NCBI GenBank assembly: GCA_963762115.1
Contig: CAVXJH010000003.1
Location: 96,001 to 160,000 of the forward strand
Reading direction: 5' to 3'
Source of the DNA: Candidatus Babeliales bacterium
Lineage (GTDB): Bacteria; Babelota; Babeliae; Babelales; JANWKD01
Length of the DNA stretch: 64,000 nt
Each line of letters opens with the position of its first letter. Within the stretch, counting starts at the first letter, position 1. This document shows positions 1-9,688 of this stretch, one piece after another. Position numbers and translations under genes: made by a program. The notes beneath the pieces are model-generated. The model was not told the origin of the DNA and made no database searches. It worked only from the letters and a program-made list of their open reading frames with translations.

Positions 1-2
1 AA

Positions 3-968
3 AATAATGAAGAGAAAATGTTATCAGTATTGTTGAATATTTTAGATAGTCTTGAAACGCATAAAAATATAATTTTTATTGCAACAACAAATGATATTAA
101 AGTATTACCCCCACAAATTAAAGATCGTTTTTCAGGGTCGATATTTAAAATTCCTAATTTTGATTTTAAGCGTCGTGAGCAATTTTATCATTATATAAAA
201 AACAAGAGAGCAAAAAATAATTTTGAGAAGGAAAGAACAGAATTAACAGAAGAATTTAATGAGGAAATAGAATTTGATGTTGTCTTGGATGATAAAGAAA
301 TAAAAGATTTATCAAAAAAATCATCCAATTTTGAGGGACGCGATCTTAATGAAGTGCAAGATGCTGCAAGTATGTTAGCACTAAGAAAATATGTCGATGA
401 AGATTTTAATATTATTCAATTATGTATTCCTGTAACAAAAGAGTGTTTTATTGCAGCAATACAAGAAATTCAAGTAATTAAACGCGAAACAGCTTCGGGT
501 TTTTGGAAGCGTCATAAAGAAACATTTAGAGAATTTTATCCACTTTTTTTATCAACATTTCAAGTTGTTGCTGGGTTAGGGTTGCAATGGTTTTCAATGA
601 ATCAGCAATATAAGCTTGCGCAAACTAATCACAATGATCAATTGGCACTTATGAGTACTTTTCAAGCTTCACAAATGAAATTTTATGAAAGCACTCATGA
701 TCAGCAGGTAGATTTTCAAGATAGAGTTCAAAAAGAACAAGCAGTATTTCAAAATAAGGTACATATAGAGCAAATGGCACAGCAAAAAGTGTTGCAAGAA
801 AAAGCTAATGAGCAACAACTAGCATTCCAAAAACGGGTGCATAAGGATCAACTTGAACTTAGTAGAGAACTAAGTCATCAACAATTAATGATGCAACTTC
901 ATATGTCAACCTGGGGATTGATTTTGCAAGGCACCCTTGGGCTTTGTGGTTTAATACTTCCGAAATAG
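3..968 (+). CDS. AAA+ ATPase (5' truncated by window edge) with C-terminal TM helix and Gln/His-rich coiled coil
   Basis: Frame is open to the window edge. Sensor-1/Arg-finger region IIFIATTN...QIKDRF and lid motif FEGRDL, then a hydrophobic helix and ~11-residue Q..FQ..VH repeats. Paralog of 5302..6543. Confidence 0.8.
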   Translation, partial: NNEEKMLSVLLNILDSLETHKNIIFIATTNDIKVLPPQIKDRFSGSIFKIPNFDFKRREQFYHYIKNKRAKNNFEKERTELTEEFNEEIEFDVVLDDKEIKDLSKKSSNFEGRDLNEVQDAASMLALRKYVDEDFNIIQLCIPVTKECFIAAIQEIQVIKRETASGFWKRHKETFREFYPLFLSTFQVVAGLGLQWFSMNQQYKLAQTNHNDQLALMSTFQASQMKFYESTHDQQVDFQDRVQKEQAVFQNKVHIEQMAQQKVLQEKANEQQLAFQKRVHKDQLELSRELSHQQLMMQLHMSTWGLILQGTLGLCGLILPK

Positions 969-974
969 GTAAAG

Positions 975-1673
975 ATGTACGTGTTTAAAATAATTTTTTT
1001 AGTAATTTCATATCAGGTCATTTTCCATGCAAATGCTATGGAAGATAATCATAATCGGCAAACGATTATTAATGTCAATTCACATTCAGTGTCGAATCAA
1101 TGGCCCATAGATCAATGTAATGAAAGTTCGAGATTTGCAAGAGCTGAATCATTGAAAAATAATGCGCCACATTTATCCCAACGACAATTGCAAATTTTAG
1201 TAGATAGACATTATGCATTGCACATTGAAAATAATCGGATAAATAAAGAAGTTGTCTCTAATCTTTCGACGTTAAGTATACACTTTAATAATGAGCCTTT
1301 GCAGCAACTTTTATCGCTTAGTAAGTTTAGTGAGCCTTCTCTTGGTCAGCAACAGGCCAAAACAATTGATAATCTTATCGGTATTTTATATACCCCTCAA
1401 GGATGCCCAAATTTACAGTTAAATGCTTATGAAAAAGTGCAAGTTGCCAGGATAATAACTAATGAATTGAAAGTGCATAAACCATGCGGATATTTAGCTA
1501 TTATTAAAGATTTAGCTTTAAGAAATGCAGAGTTTCAGGAAATTGTAGCACAAGAAACAAAGCTTTTCCCTTGGGCTAAATATAAAACTACCGAGTGGTG
1601 TGGGCTTGTTAAAGGTCTTTTCTGCGCAATGCACGGTAACATAAATATAGAAGAATTAAAAAAAATATTTTAG
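975..1673 (+). CDS. Signal-peptide protein; probable N-terminal part of a frameshifted polymorphic toxin
   Basis: Signal peptide ending HANA-ME. The ORF stops just after an A8 tract (1658-1665); the -1 frame is open from there into 1703..3424. Confidence 0.6.
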   Translation: MYVFKIIFLVISYQVIFHANAMEDNHNRQTIINVNSHSVSNQWPIDQCNESSRFARAESLKNNAPHLSQRQLQILVDRHYALHIENNRINKEVVSNLSTLSIHFNNEPLQQLLSLSKFSEPSLGQQQAKTIDNLIGILYTPQGCPNLQLNAYEKVQVARIITNELKVHKPCGYLAIIKDLALRNAEFQEIVAQETKLFPWAKYKTTEWCGLVKGLFCAMHGNINIEELKKIF

Positions 1674-1702
1674 CAAATGGCTTTAATCATGATCTGATAA
1701 TA

Positions 1703-3424
1703 ATGAGAGAAGCCTTTTTGAAAGGTGATTTTTTAGAGGCAAAAAACATAACTGATGCATATAACAAACCTACAGAATTGTATGTCGGTCTTTATGCAGC
1801 TCTACGGGGTGTGTATGATGCTCGTATTGAGGAATATGCTAAAGTAGTTGAACCAGATAATTTTGCTTTAACGCAATCATACCTTCAGGGTTTCGTCATT
1901 GAGCGTAGAGTAGTTCCCTTGGCTGCTAATTTGATGAATGAAATAAAAAATAATATCAGTGCAGGGGCGCCAAAAGAGCAGACTCAAAAGTTGCAAGAGC
2001 AATTAGTGCAATTGGATGCTTATGCACGACAAGTGCGCAGTAACTATTCTTTTGATGCTCAAATGAAATTGGCTGATTGTGTATATCAATTGGAAAATGA
2101 GCTTGGCGTTAATTGGCGACCAGAATTGCGCAGATCACCTTCAATGGAAAAACTATTTGTTCCGCAAACAGATTTTCTTGTTACAAGCAAGGAAGTTGGT
2201 ACTATTTCATTGGCAGAATTAAAAAAGTTTTCTGGGACGACGGTTGAACAAAATATTTTGCATGAAAAAATGGTTGATCATTTTGTTAAAATCGATTCTT
2301 TAAGTGGGCAACTCAGTGATAGTAGTGTAGTACAGGCTGTTGAAACCTATAAAACTCTTATTGCTCGTGCGCATGAATTAAATAAAGATAGTCGCGTCAC
2401 TTTAGCAGAAGGTGTGTTTACTATAGGCAAGGATATGGTTGAAATTGCCGTGTTTGATCCCCCTCTAAAGGAAATTGAGGATTGCCTTATTAAAACAGCC
2501 ATGAATCCTGCTGATTATGTTATAAAAACAATTGAAGGTTATAAATGTGTCGCAAGTGTCATTCTTGATGTTTGTAAGAATTCTTTAGCTGGAATCGCAT
2601 CCACACCTGAACAACAAGTTGAATTTGCAGAACATTATAATCAACTAATTCATAATTTTTTTGAAGGTTGGCAAAAACTGGAAATAGCTCAAAAAAAAGA
2701 GTTTTTAGCACAAATTATTGTTGATACAGCACTTAATAAAGTGGTTTTCTCATTACCGAAGCTTATGTTAAAAATGGGTGGTTCGAGTACCATAAGTGAT
2801 ATTGTGCAAAAAGGTGAATCTTTTCTTAATAGAATTGATCCCGGATCTTCTGGTGGTGCAGTTGCTCGTGCTGTTCCAATAGCCGCAGCTGAAAATGTTG
2901 TTGAGGCCCTAGAATTTGCGGCAGGTGTTGTAGGGTCAACGGCAGTTGCTATAACTTCTGCTGGAGCGCAAAATGTTGTTGCTTTATCAGAAATGATGAA
3001 TGGAGGTGATCAAGCAAATAAATATAAATTACCTTCATCATTGGGAAAAATAATAGAAAAAACCCCGCTCGATGCTCCAATTCAAAATGATAAAGATATT
3101 ATTTATACTGTAGAACCCGTAATTCAAAATACTATCAAAAAATTTGACGTAACCCGTAAGATTTACAAACACGCATTTGATCCAGATCATGAAATATCAA
3201 AATTCGGTTTATCAGATTTTGAGGCTTTCAATATTTTTGTCGAAAAAATTTTAAGGGCAGATATTGCTAATTATTTACAAGAACCAGGAAATCAAATAGA
3301 AACATTTATCAATGGGTTTGAAGGGACGGTAAGAATTCATATAAATAAAGGAATTGTAACAAGTTTTAATTGTTTTTTCGGTTATTCAGATAGAGTAATT
3401 GGAAAATTAATAAAGATGGATTAA
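1703..3424 (+). CDS. Putative polymorphic toxin (C-terminal part), with predicted BECR/Ntox35-like RNase tip
   Basis: Helical stalk, Ala/Gly/Val-rich pre-toxin segment, C-terminal KHAFDPDH...TVRIHINKGIVTSFNCF domain; followed by two immunity-like ORFs. Confidence 0.5.
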   Translation: MREAFLKGDFLEAKNITDAYNKPTELYVGLYAALRGVYDARIEEYAKVVEPDNFALTQSYLQGFVIERRVVPLAANLMNEIKNNISAGAPKEQTQKLQEQLVQLDAYARQVRSNYSFDAQMKLADCVYQLENELGVNWRPELRRSPSMEKLFVPQTDFLVTSKEVGTISLAELKKFSGTTVEQNILHEKMVDHFVKIDSLSGQLSDSSVVQAVETYKTLIARAHELNKDSRVTLAEGVFTIGKDMVEIAVFDPPLKEIEDCLIKTAMNPADYVIKTIEGYKCVASVILDVCKNSLAGIASTPEQQVEFAEHYNQLIHNFFEGWQKLEIAQKKEFLAQIIVDTALNKVVFSLPKLMLKMGGSSTISDIVQKGESFLNRIDPGSSGGAVARAVPIAAAENVVEALEFAAGVVGSTAVAITSAGAQNVVALSEMMNGGDQANKYKLPSSLGKIIEKTPLDAPIQNDKDIIYTVEPVIQNTIKKFDVTRKIYKHAFDPDHEISKFGLSDFEAFNIFVEKILRADIANYLQEPGNQIETFINGFEGTVRIHINKGIVTSFNCFFGYSDRVIGKLIKMD

Positions 3425-3429
3425 AAAAA

Positions 3430-4146
3430 ATGAATAAAAATGAATTACATACATTAATTGAAATGTATAGTCATGAAAGGTCCAAAAAAAACACCGAAGC
3501 TTTAGAAGTTTTTTTGGAAGATTGTTTAAAAAATAACCCTTTTGATACTTACTTATGGGTTAAACTAGCTTTAACCGTATATCATCGTCCTTTGTTTGAT
3601 GACTTAAAAGCAATAGCATGCCTTGAAAAAATTCTTGAGTATGATCCCCATAATGTAAAAATAACACTTGTATTAATATACATGGTGAGCAATTGTAAAT
3701 TTTTTGATGATGAGTTATTTGAAAGATTATGCAAACTACAAACTCAAGATAAAGCATTACTCTCATTAATTGAATATACAAAATCATGGTATTATCTGGA
3801 TGAAAAAAATGATGAAATGTATGAGCAATGTTTAATCAATTCAATTAACTTATGCAGTGAATATCTGTGGAGTTATGTTGATTTGGGACAATTTTACCTT
3901 CAAAAAGGTAATTTAATAAAAGGTCATGAATTAATGAAAGAAGGGTTAAAAAAATTAGAATATGTTTTTGAAGAAAAACCTGCAAAAGATATTTTAAACC
4001 TTGAAGAGTTTTTGAATGAACGTTTTAAAGGGATTCATCTAGGTAAATCAAATTATAATATTATTTTGGAATCATTTGATCCAAAATCTCCCTGGATTAC
4101 CTGTGATTTTTTAACAAAGATCAGTAGAGATACAACAGAAAATTAA
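3430..4146 (+). CDS. TPR-like helical protein, putative cognate immunity protein
   Basis: Starts 5 bp after the toxin-like ORF; TPR-like AIACLEKILEYDPHN and YVDLGQFY segments; no signal peptide. Confidence 0.5.
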   Translation: MNKNELHTLIEMYSHERSKKNTEALEVFLEDCLKNNPFDTYLWVKLALTVYHRPLFDDLKAIACLEKILEYDPHNVKITLVLIYMVSNCKFFDDELFERLCKLQTQDKALLSLIEYTKSWYYLDEKNDEMYEQCLINSINLCSEYLWSYVDLGQFYLQKGNLIKGHELMKEGLKKLEYVFEEKPAKDILNLEEFLNERFKGIHLGKSNYNIILESFDPKSPWITCDFLTKISRDTTEN

Positions 4147-4151
4147 TAATA

Positions 4152-4682
4152 ATGATCAAATTAATAGATTTCAAGAAGAATGCTATTTCAATATCCTGGA
4201 AAACTATATTAGTTGGAAGAACATTAAAATTAGTGGATACCTCTTTTATTGAGGATTTTGCAACTCAATATTTACTAGATCATTATAAATTAGAGAATAA
4301 AGATATTATTGAATTGGCTTATGGTGTAAACGACACTTTTGAAATTGATGAAATGGTCAAAAAAATATTGAGCGAATTAAACCAAAATATAGATGAAAAT
4401 TCAGAAGAATGGAATATCGAAACAAGAAAATGGCGTTTTTTAGTATTACAAGAATTACTAAGTAAAGGTTATGATAATAGAAAAATTTTAGATGAAATTG
4501 AAAGCATATATTGTGATTTTGATCACCCTGAAGAAATGAATGCTTTTTTGATTTATATGCCTCATGTTTATGATGATGGATATAATATTAAAGATCATTC
4601 AGCTGAAGAAAATATAGCGCACATAGTGAAGCGGTTTAAAGATTTTCTTTTGAATGAACATAAAGAGCTATTAAAAAAATAG
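4152..4682 (+). CDS. DUF2247-like protein, putative immunity protein
   Basis: SWKTILVG...RKWRFLVL...IESIYCDFDHPEEMNAFLIYMP matches the DUF2247 pattern. Confidence 0.65.
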   Translation: MIKLIDFKKNAISISWKTILVGRTLKLVDTSFIEDFATQYLLDHYKLENKDIIELAYGVNDTFEIDEMVKKILSELNQNIDENSEEWNIETRKWRFLVLQELLSKGYDNRKILDEIESIYCDFDHPEEMNAFLIYMPHVYDDGYNIKDHSAEENIAHIVKRFKDFLLNEHKELLKK

Positions 4683-4711
4683 TTAAAAAAAATTATTAAG
4701 CGAAACAAAAT

Positions 4712-5290
4712 ATGAAAAAAATTTTTATACTAATCCTTTTTTTAATGGTAACTCAATCAAATTATGCTTTTATATTAGATGGATTATTAAAAATCGAAGA
4801 TTCAGTTGATGCAATAAAAATTGCTGCAGTTGATCTAGAACACTATGCAGATCAGATAACAACTTTTCGAAGAACCATATATACCGGCAGAAGCTTTGTT
4901 ACTATTGATGATTATTGGTGTGAATCCTTAGCTGCAAAAAGAAGTATTAATGAATATAACAACCAAGAACAGGCTCTTCAACTAAAAATTCTATTGAGTC
5001 TTTTATTTGATACCTTTGTTTTGGCAAATATTGCTGGATATTGTCATGCAAAATTTAATATGAAAATGCCTACGGTGATTTGTGGTATTATGGCAGCTGC
5101 TTTGGGTATAGTTGCTCATCAAAACAATAAAATGAAGAATGTGCCTTATTTTGATTTTTATTTAAAGCGGCATGAAGATAGATTCGATAATTTTAATTTT
5201 TTTAGTGCATTTAGATTTGCTTTTATTACTATAGAAGCAGGACTTATGGCATATTTGACACGAGCTTTTTATGAAATTCCATTCAACTAA
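4712..5290 (+). CDS. Hypothetical membrane protein with signal peptide
   Basis: MKK plus hydrophobic N-terminus; about three further hydrophobic helices. Confidence 0.6.
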   Translation: MKKIFILILFLMVTQSNYAFILDGLLKIEDSVDAIKIAAVDLEHYADQITTFRRTIYTGRSFVTIDDYWCESLAAKRSINEYNNQEQALQLKILLSLLFDTFVLANIAGYCHAKFNMKMPTVICGIMAAALGIVAHQNNKMKNVPYFDFYLKRHEDRFDNFNFFSAFRFAFITIEAGLMAYLTRAFYEIPFN

Positions 5291-5301
5291 TAGGATATGC
5301 A

Positions 5302-6543
5302 ATGCAACGGAATTATTTAATACGATTTTTTTTAATTGTTATTGTTTTTATTAATAATAAGACAATACTAGGTCAAGTAAATTCTAAAAACGATAATAAA
5401 AATAGTTCTTATCAAGAGTCTTCTTCTGAAGCACCTAAAAATACTTCTGATGAAATTGATCGTTTGTTAGGAGCAAGAGAGGAAGAGTTTAGGAAAAAGA
5501 ATACAGAAATATGCCTTTCAAAAAAAGATATCATTCTTGATTCAGATCTTGTTATAGAATTGTTTTTGCAATGTCCGGAAAGATTGCGTTATATCATTGA
5601 AACATTAGTTATGAGAAATCGATTTGATAATGATTTATATCAAGGATTCATTCCACAACATATCGTTCTTGTTGGCCCTCCGGGCGTCGGGAAAAGTACT
5701 ATTGCGCATGCTATTGCCCAAGCTGCGGGAATTCCATATACCTTTATCAGAGCTATGACACTTGCTAATGAATACATAAATTCAGGGCCGAGCAATTTGC
5801 TCAGAATTTTTGATCCAATATTGGCAATGGATGAACCATATATTGTTATTATCGATGAATTGCAGACACTCATTAAAAAAAGAAATAACAATGAATTTGA
5901 TATGGCGGCTGCCGAAGTATTATGGATGTTGCTTGATGAATGCAAAGCAAAAAATAATATTTTAATTATTGCAACAGCAAATCATATTTCTGATTTGCCT
6001 GAACAGTTAAAAAGTCGTTTTGCAAAAAGTGTATATGAAATTAAATTGCCAGGTTTGATAGCACGTGAAAAAATTATTAGTCACTATATAACAAAAAGCA
6101 AGGTTAGTTGTTATGATATTTCTTCAATTATTAAAAATTTGGCACGAAAAACAGTTGGTTTCTCTCCTCGTAATTTAGAGGATTGCATAACGATTGCCCT
6201 TTCAAGAGCTTTTTTTACGGCAAGAAATGAAGGTTGTCTTGCTATGACTCTTACTAAAGATGATTTAGATGTAGGATTTGCTCATATTAAAAATCAAAAA
6301 AATAATTCTTATTTTGTGCCGCAATGGTGTAAAGATTTTGTTAAATATGTTGGTCCGGCAACAGTTATTTCACTTGGTCTTAATGTTGCACAAATGGCTT
6401 TATATTTTTTTTTACAATACTGCGATCGTAAAGTTCATCTTGCCATGACACAAGCTCATCATGATGATTTTGTACATATTAATACAATGCATAATCAGGC
6501 CATATTACAGCAAAATGAACGATTTCATCGTGCAAAGATATAG
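5302..6543 (+). CDS. AAA+ ATPase with N-terminal signal/anchor, C-terminal TM helix and His/Gln-rich tail
   Basis: Walker A GPPGVGKS, Walker B IVIIDE, sensor-1 IIATAN, Arg finger LKSRF, lid GFSPRNL. Confidence 0.9.
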   Translation: MQRNYLIRFFLIVIVFINNKTILGQVNSKNDNKNSSYQESSSEAPKNTSDEIDRLLGAREEEFRKKNTEICLSKKDIILDSDLVIELFLQCPERLRYIIETLVMRNRFDNDLYQGFIPQHIVLVGPPGVGKSTIAHAIAQAAGIPYTFIRAMTLANEYINSGPSNLLRIFDPILAMDEPYIVIIDELQTLIKKRNNNEFDMAAAEVLWMLLDECKAKNNILIIATANHISDLPEQLKSRFAKSVYEIKLPGLIAREKIISHYITKSKVSCYDISSIIKNLARKTVGFSPRNLEDCITIALSRAFFTARNEGCLAMTLTKDDLDVGFAHIKNQKNNSYFVPQWCKDFVKYVGPATVISLGLNVAQMALYFFLQYCDRKVHLAMTQAHHDDFVHINTMHNQAILQQNERFHRAKI

Positions 6544-6564
6544 CTAAAGCTCATACATTATAAT

Positions 6565-6602
6565 AAACAAAAAGAGAAGCAATCGTGCTTCTCTTTTTGT
6601 TT
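6565..6602. terminator. Bidirectional rho-independent terminator
   Basis: AAACAAAAAGAGAAGCA-atcg-TGCTTCTCTTTTTGTTT between convergent genes. Confidence 0.85.
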
Positions 6603-7287
6603 AAACAAGCAACTGTTCTGTTAACTTCTTTATATTTTCCAAATGTGATGAATATAGCTTTGGCGTCATTGCATATACATCGTAAATCATATAATTTTTT
6701 ACTGTTTTCACGCCCATGAATTTAAAGGTGTCAGTTATTTGGCGTTGTACAGGATGTTCAAGCAGAAATTTATACCACGGTTGTTTTGCAATTGAAGAGT
6801 TGATGGAAAGAACTTTGGTGATGTGATGCAAAGGTTCTGCGCATTCTCCACCCTTGTATTGCCATGCATAACGCGTGATTAGATCAATCCATGCTTTTAC
6901 TATGCCAGGTGTTGAATACCAATACACGGGGAAAAATAAGATGAGTCTATCGGCTTGAAGTATTAATTCTTTATTTTGTTGAAAAAAGGGAGAAGCTTCT
7001 AATTGTTGCATATCATGCACGTAAAAAGGAATTTCTTGTGCATGATCATAAAGATCTAAGGTTAAAAGTTCTAGGTTGTTTTTTGTGGCAAGAAATTCTG
7101 AAATAGCATCATATAATGAATAGGTTAATGATTGTTTGACGTCATGAGCGACAACCATTAATACTTTTGTTGTTTCTGTCGGATTTATTGGTTGTTCAAG
7201 AGCGAAGGAAAAAACTGTTTTTTGAGAAAAAATGCATAAGATAGAGAGCAGTACGATTATTTTATTTTTCATTATCATCATCATCAT
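6601..7287 (-). CDS. NAD(P)H-dependent oxidoreductase, flavodoxin-like fold (KefF/MdaB-type), with signal-like N-terminus
   Basis: VLMVVAH...DLYD...ADRLILFFPVYWYSTPGIVKAWID motif; true start is probably the last Met of the MMMMIM run. Confidence 0.85.
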   Translation of the reverse strand: MMMMIMKNKIIVLLSILCIFSQKTVFSFALEQPINPTETTKVLMVVAHDVKQSLTYSLYDAISEFLATKNNLELLTLDLYDHAQEIPFYVHDMQQLEASPFFQQNKELILQADRLILFFPVYWYSTPGIVKAWIDLITRYAWQYKGGECAEPLHHITKVLSINSSIAKQPWYKFLLEHPVQRQITDTFKFMGVKTVKNYMIYDVYAMTPKLYSSHLENIKKLTEQLLV

Positions 7288-7305
7288 CCTTACATTTTTT
7301 TGTGT

Positions 7306-7599
7306 TTAATCTTTTTTTTCTTTTTTATGGCGCCTATTATATTCTTTTTTGAGAGTATAACATCCTTTGCCGATGTTCCATGTACCAATGCTAGTGATTA
7401 TACCAAGTGCGCAGGGGAAAGCTATTTCTTCAGGAAAATAGTTTGTTGCAAGAGTAAATGTTGTTGTTCCAGCAGTATAACTTATGCAGAATAGACTCAT
7501 AGCATAACAACAGGAAAGATTATTTTTTTTTGCATTATCATGATGCATGCTGTAGGCACTGGTAAAGAGCAACAACAGTAAAAGTATAAGTTTTTTCAT
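7306..7599 (-). CDS. Small exported/membrane hypothetical protein
   Basis: Signal peptide MKKLILLLLLLFTSAYS-M, two hydrophobic segments, Lys-rich tail. Confidence 0.65.
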   Translation of the reverse strand: MKKLILLLLLLFTSAYSMHHDNAKKNNLSCCYAMSLFCISYTAGTTTFTLATNYFPEEIAFPCALGIITSIGTWNIGKGCYTLKKEYNRRHKKEKKD

Positions 7600-7617
7600 A
7601 ATGGTTAATTAAGATTA

Positions 7618-7926
7618 TTAATCGTCGTGTTTTTTGCAAGCATTAAAAATGGCACATCCTATGGCGACGATTGCATGTGCGCCATTACTGAGGCCGCAAG
7701 AGGGGGTTATCTCATCGATAGGAAGAGTATTCATGAGTCGTTGTGAGGTCATAATGCAATCCAGGAATCCTTCTGCGAGAGTGGTTGTAGTACAGCAAGG
7801 TAATTCGGTTGTTTTGTTGAAAAGATCTATTGTTCCTGGTGGTTGTTGATCCATTGAAAATGTATAAGAAGAAAACGTAGAAAACACTACAACAAAAATT
7901 AAAATATGTCGTTTCATGATGCTCAC
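7618..7926 (-). CDS. Small exported hypothetical protein
   Basis: Signal peptide ending YTFS-MD; Cys-containing. Confidence 0.6.
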   Translation of the reverse strand: MSIMKRHILIFVVVFSTFSSYTFSMDQQPPGTIDLFNKTTELPCCTTTTLAEGFLDCIMTSQRLMNTLPIDEITPSCGLSNGAHAIVAIGCAIFNACKKHDD

Positions 7927-8021
7927 TTTATTTGAAGCGGTATATATACTATAAAAAAAGTATCAAGAAAGTATCATAAAGTTGCATAAAAGACAATGAT
8001 TATTGGTTAAAAATGAATCTT

Positions 8022-8567
8022 TTAGTTATCTTTAGGATAATCATTCACAATTTCTTGAGTAGATTTTCCATAAAATCTTTCTTTGATTTTAAGATAATTT
8101 ACATAGTTTTTTGCTTTACACAACTCATAAAAACCATCGATTGAACAAAAGCCTGCCAAACCTCCGGCAAGAAAACCAAGGGTTTTTGTTACACTGATTT
8201 TTTCGCTTTCATGATTGCCAAAAAAATGATGCAAAGTGAATAATCCACCAGCGACGAATCCTGAGGTTATCCCGATTAAAAATCTTTTTCTACTTGCATG
8301 ATGTTTTTCTTGTGTGGATTTTTCTCTTGTTGTGATATAGCCATGATTATGCAATTTTTTCGTAGCTCTTTCATGCGCCGATTTTTCTTGACGTTCTACA
8401 GCATCGATATGATCGCTTGTTTGAATTCTTGTCAGAAGACTGACTGGCTTCCGAACATAGTGCCAAGCAAAAAATGGCCATGTTTTTTTGTCAACTTCGT
8501 TCCAACCGGCATTGGCATTGAGTATAATGTTTGCGATCGTGAGTAATAAGATAATTTTTTTATACAT
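8022..8567 (-). CDS. Exported hypothetical protein with two TM helices
   Basis: Signal peptide ending ANA; two Gly-rich hydrophobic helices. Confidence 0.65.
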   Translation of the reverse strand: MYKKIILLLTIANIILNANAGWNEVDKKTWPFFAWHYVRKPVSLLTRIQTSDHIDAVERQEKSAHERATKKLHNHGYITTREKSTQEKHHASRKRFLIGITSGFVAGGLFTLHHFFGNHESEKISVTKTLGFLAGGLAGFCSIDGFYELCKAKNYVNYLKIKERFYGKSTQEIVNDYPKDN

Positions 8568-8947
8568 ACAATACTCTTATTTTTATTTTTAATACTATTA
8601 AACTTTTATGAAATTATATCTGAAATCGTATAGGAAAAATAGGTGAGAGTAAATATAAGTTCTTTAATAAGGAAAATAAATTGGTGGGTAAGATGGTTCA
8701 TAAATCACAACAGGGGCATAATACGTGTATAACATGGGCTCAATAGTATTTTAATGGTTAAAAATATGGTTATAGTACAAAAAAATAAAACAAAATGCCG
8801 ATAAAGGCATGATTTTAAAATAAATCATAATAGGAATAATGAAAGCATTACGGTGTTATTTATAATGATTTTTTATTTTAAATTTAGCAGCTGTTTGCCC
8901 GCAAGTAAAGGTAAATAATAAGATTTTTGTAAGATTATAAAAATTAT

Positions 8948-9000
8948 AAAAAAAGAGAGTCGCTTTCTAGAATAATTCCTAGAAAGCGACTCTCTTTTTT
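8948..9000. terminator. Rho-independent terminator
   Basis: AAAAAAGAGAGTCGCTTTCTAG-8 nt-CTAGAAAGCGACTCTCTTTTTT downstream of 9021..9497. Confidence 0.85.
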
Positions 9001-9020
9001 ACAGGTAAATAAGGTCTTTT

Positions 9021-9497
9021 TTATTCTTCAATAATGCTATTTAAATCTAATCTAACGGCGGGTTTTAATGTTTTTTTCTTTTTTGGTGTTTTCTTTGGAC
9101 GAGGTTTTGCGTCTTCTGTAATTGCATATAAGCCCGTATTTAAAGATTTTGACTTTGGTGCTTGAAGTTTGGTTCTAGCAGAACTTGTGTTAGACGATTT
9201 TGATTTTTCTGGTAAATTTTTCACTCGCGCTCTTTCTTCACAGCCAAATTTAGTTTGTTCTTGTTGAACGAGTTCTTGATTAATCTGCCATTTTGGGCGA
9301 GATTTAGTGCCTTCATCTGCTTTTCGTAAAAAGCTAGGCATCTCTGATGCTGTTTCTTCTTCTGAACCTGCTAATAAGAGAGCCAATACCTCTTCATATT
9401 CTGCCGGCATTTCTTCTTTTTCCATGGCTTGCAGGGTACATGATAAAAATGCTGCACTCAAACCAGCGAATATGACATATTGTTTAAAGTTTTTCAT
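9021..9497 (-). CDS. Exported low-complexity hypothetical protein
   Basis: RBS AAGGA; signal peptide ending LQA-ME; Lys-rich NLS-like KPRPKKTPKKKK. Confidence 0.7.
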   Translation of the reverse strand: MKNFKQYVIFAGLSAAFLSCTLQAMEKEEMPAEYEEVLALLLAGSEEETASEMPSFLRKADEGTKSRPKWQINQELVQQEQTKFGCEERARVKNLPEKSKSSNTSSARTKLQAPKSKSLNTGLYAITEDAKPRPKKTPKKKKTLKPAVRLDLNSIIEE

Positions 9498-9688
9498 ATA
9501 AATATCCTTTATATAGGGGTGATTAATAGTTTTATAATACTAATAGTAACAAATTTTAAGGTTTTGTCAATGGGTAGTGGTTAGGGGCTAATTGCAAAGT
9601 TATCTTATTTTATCTACACTCATCGAAAACAACGTTTGAAAAAATGCTTTTCTTCATTGGTTTTACAAAAACTCACTAAAGGAGCCCT

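Noticed and set aside
8570..8945. Long AT-rich intergenic gap as possible ncRNA or pseudogene
   Set aside because: No convincing structure, repeat or decayed reading frame could be identified by eye
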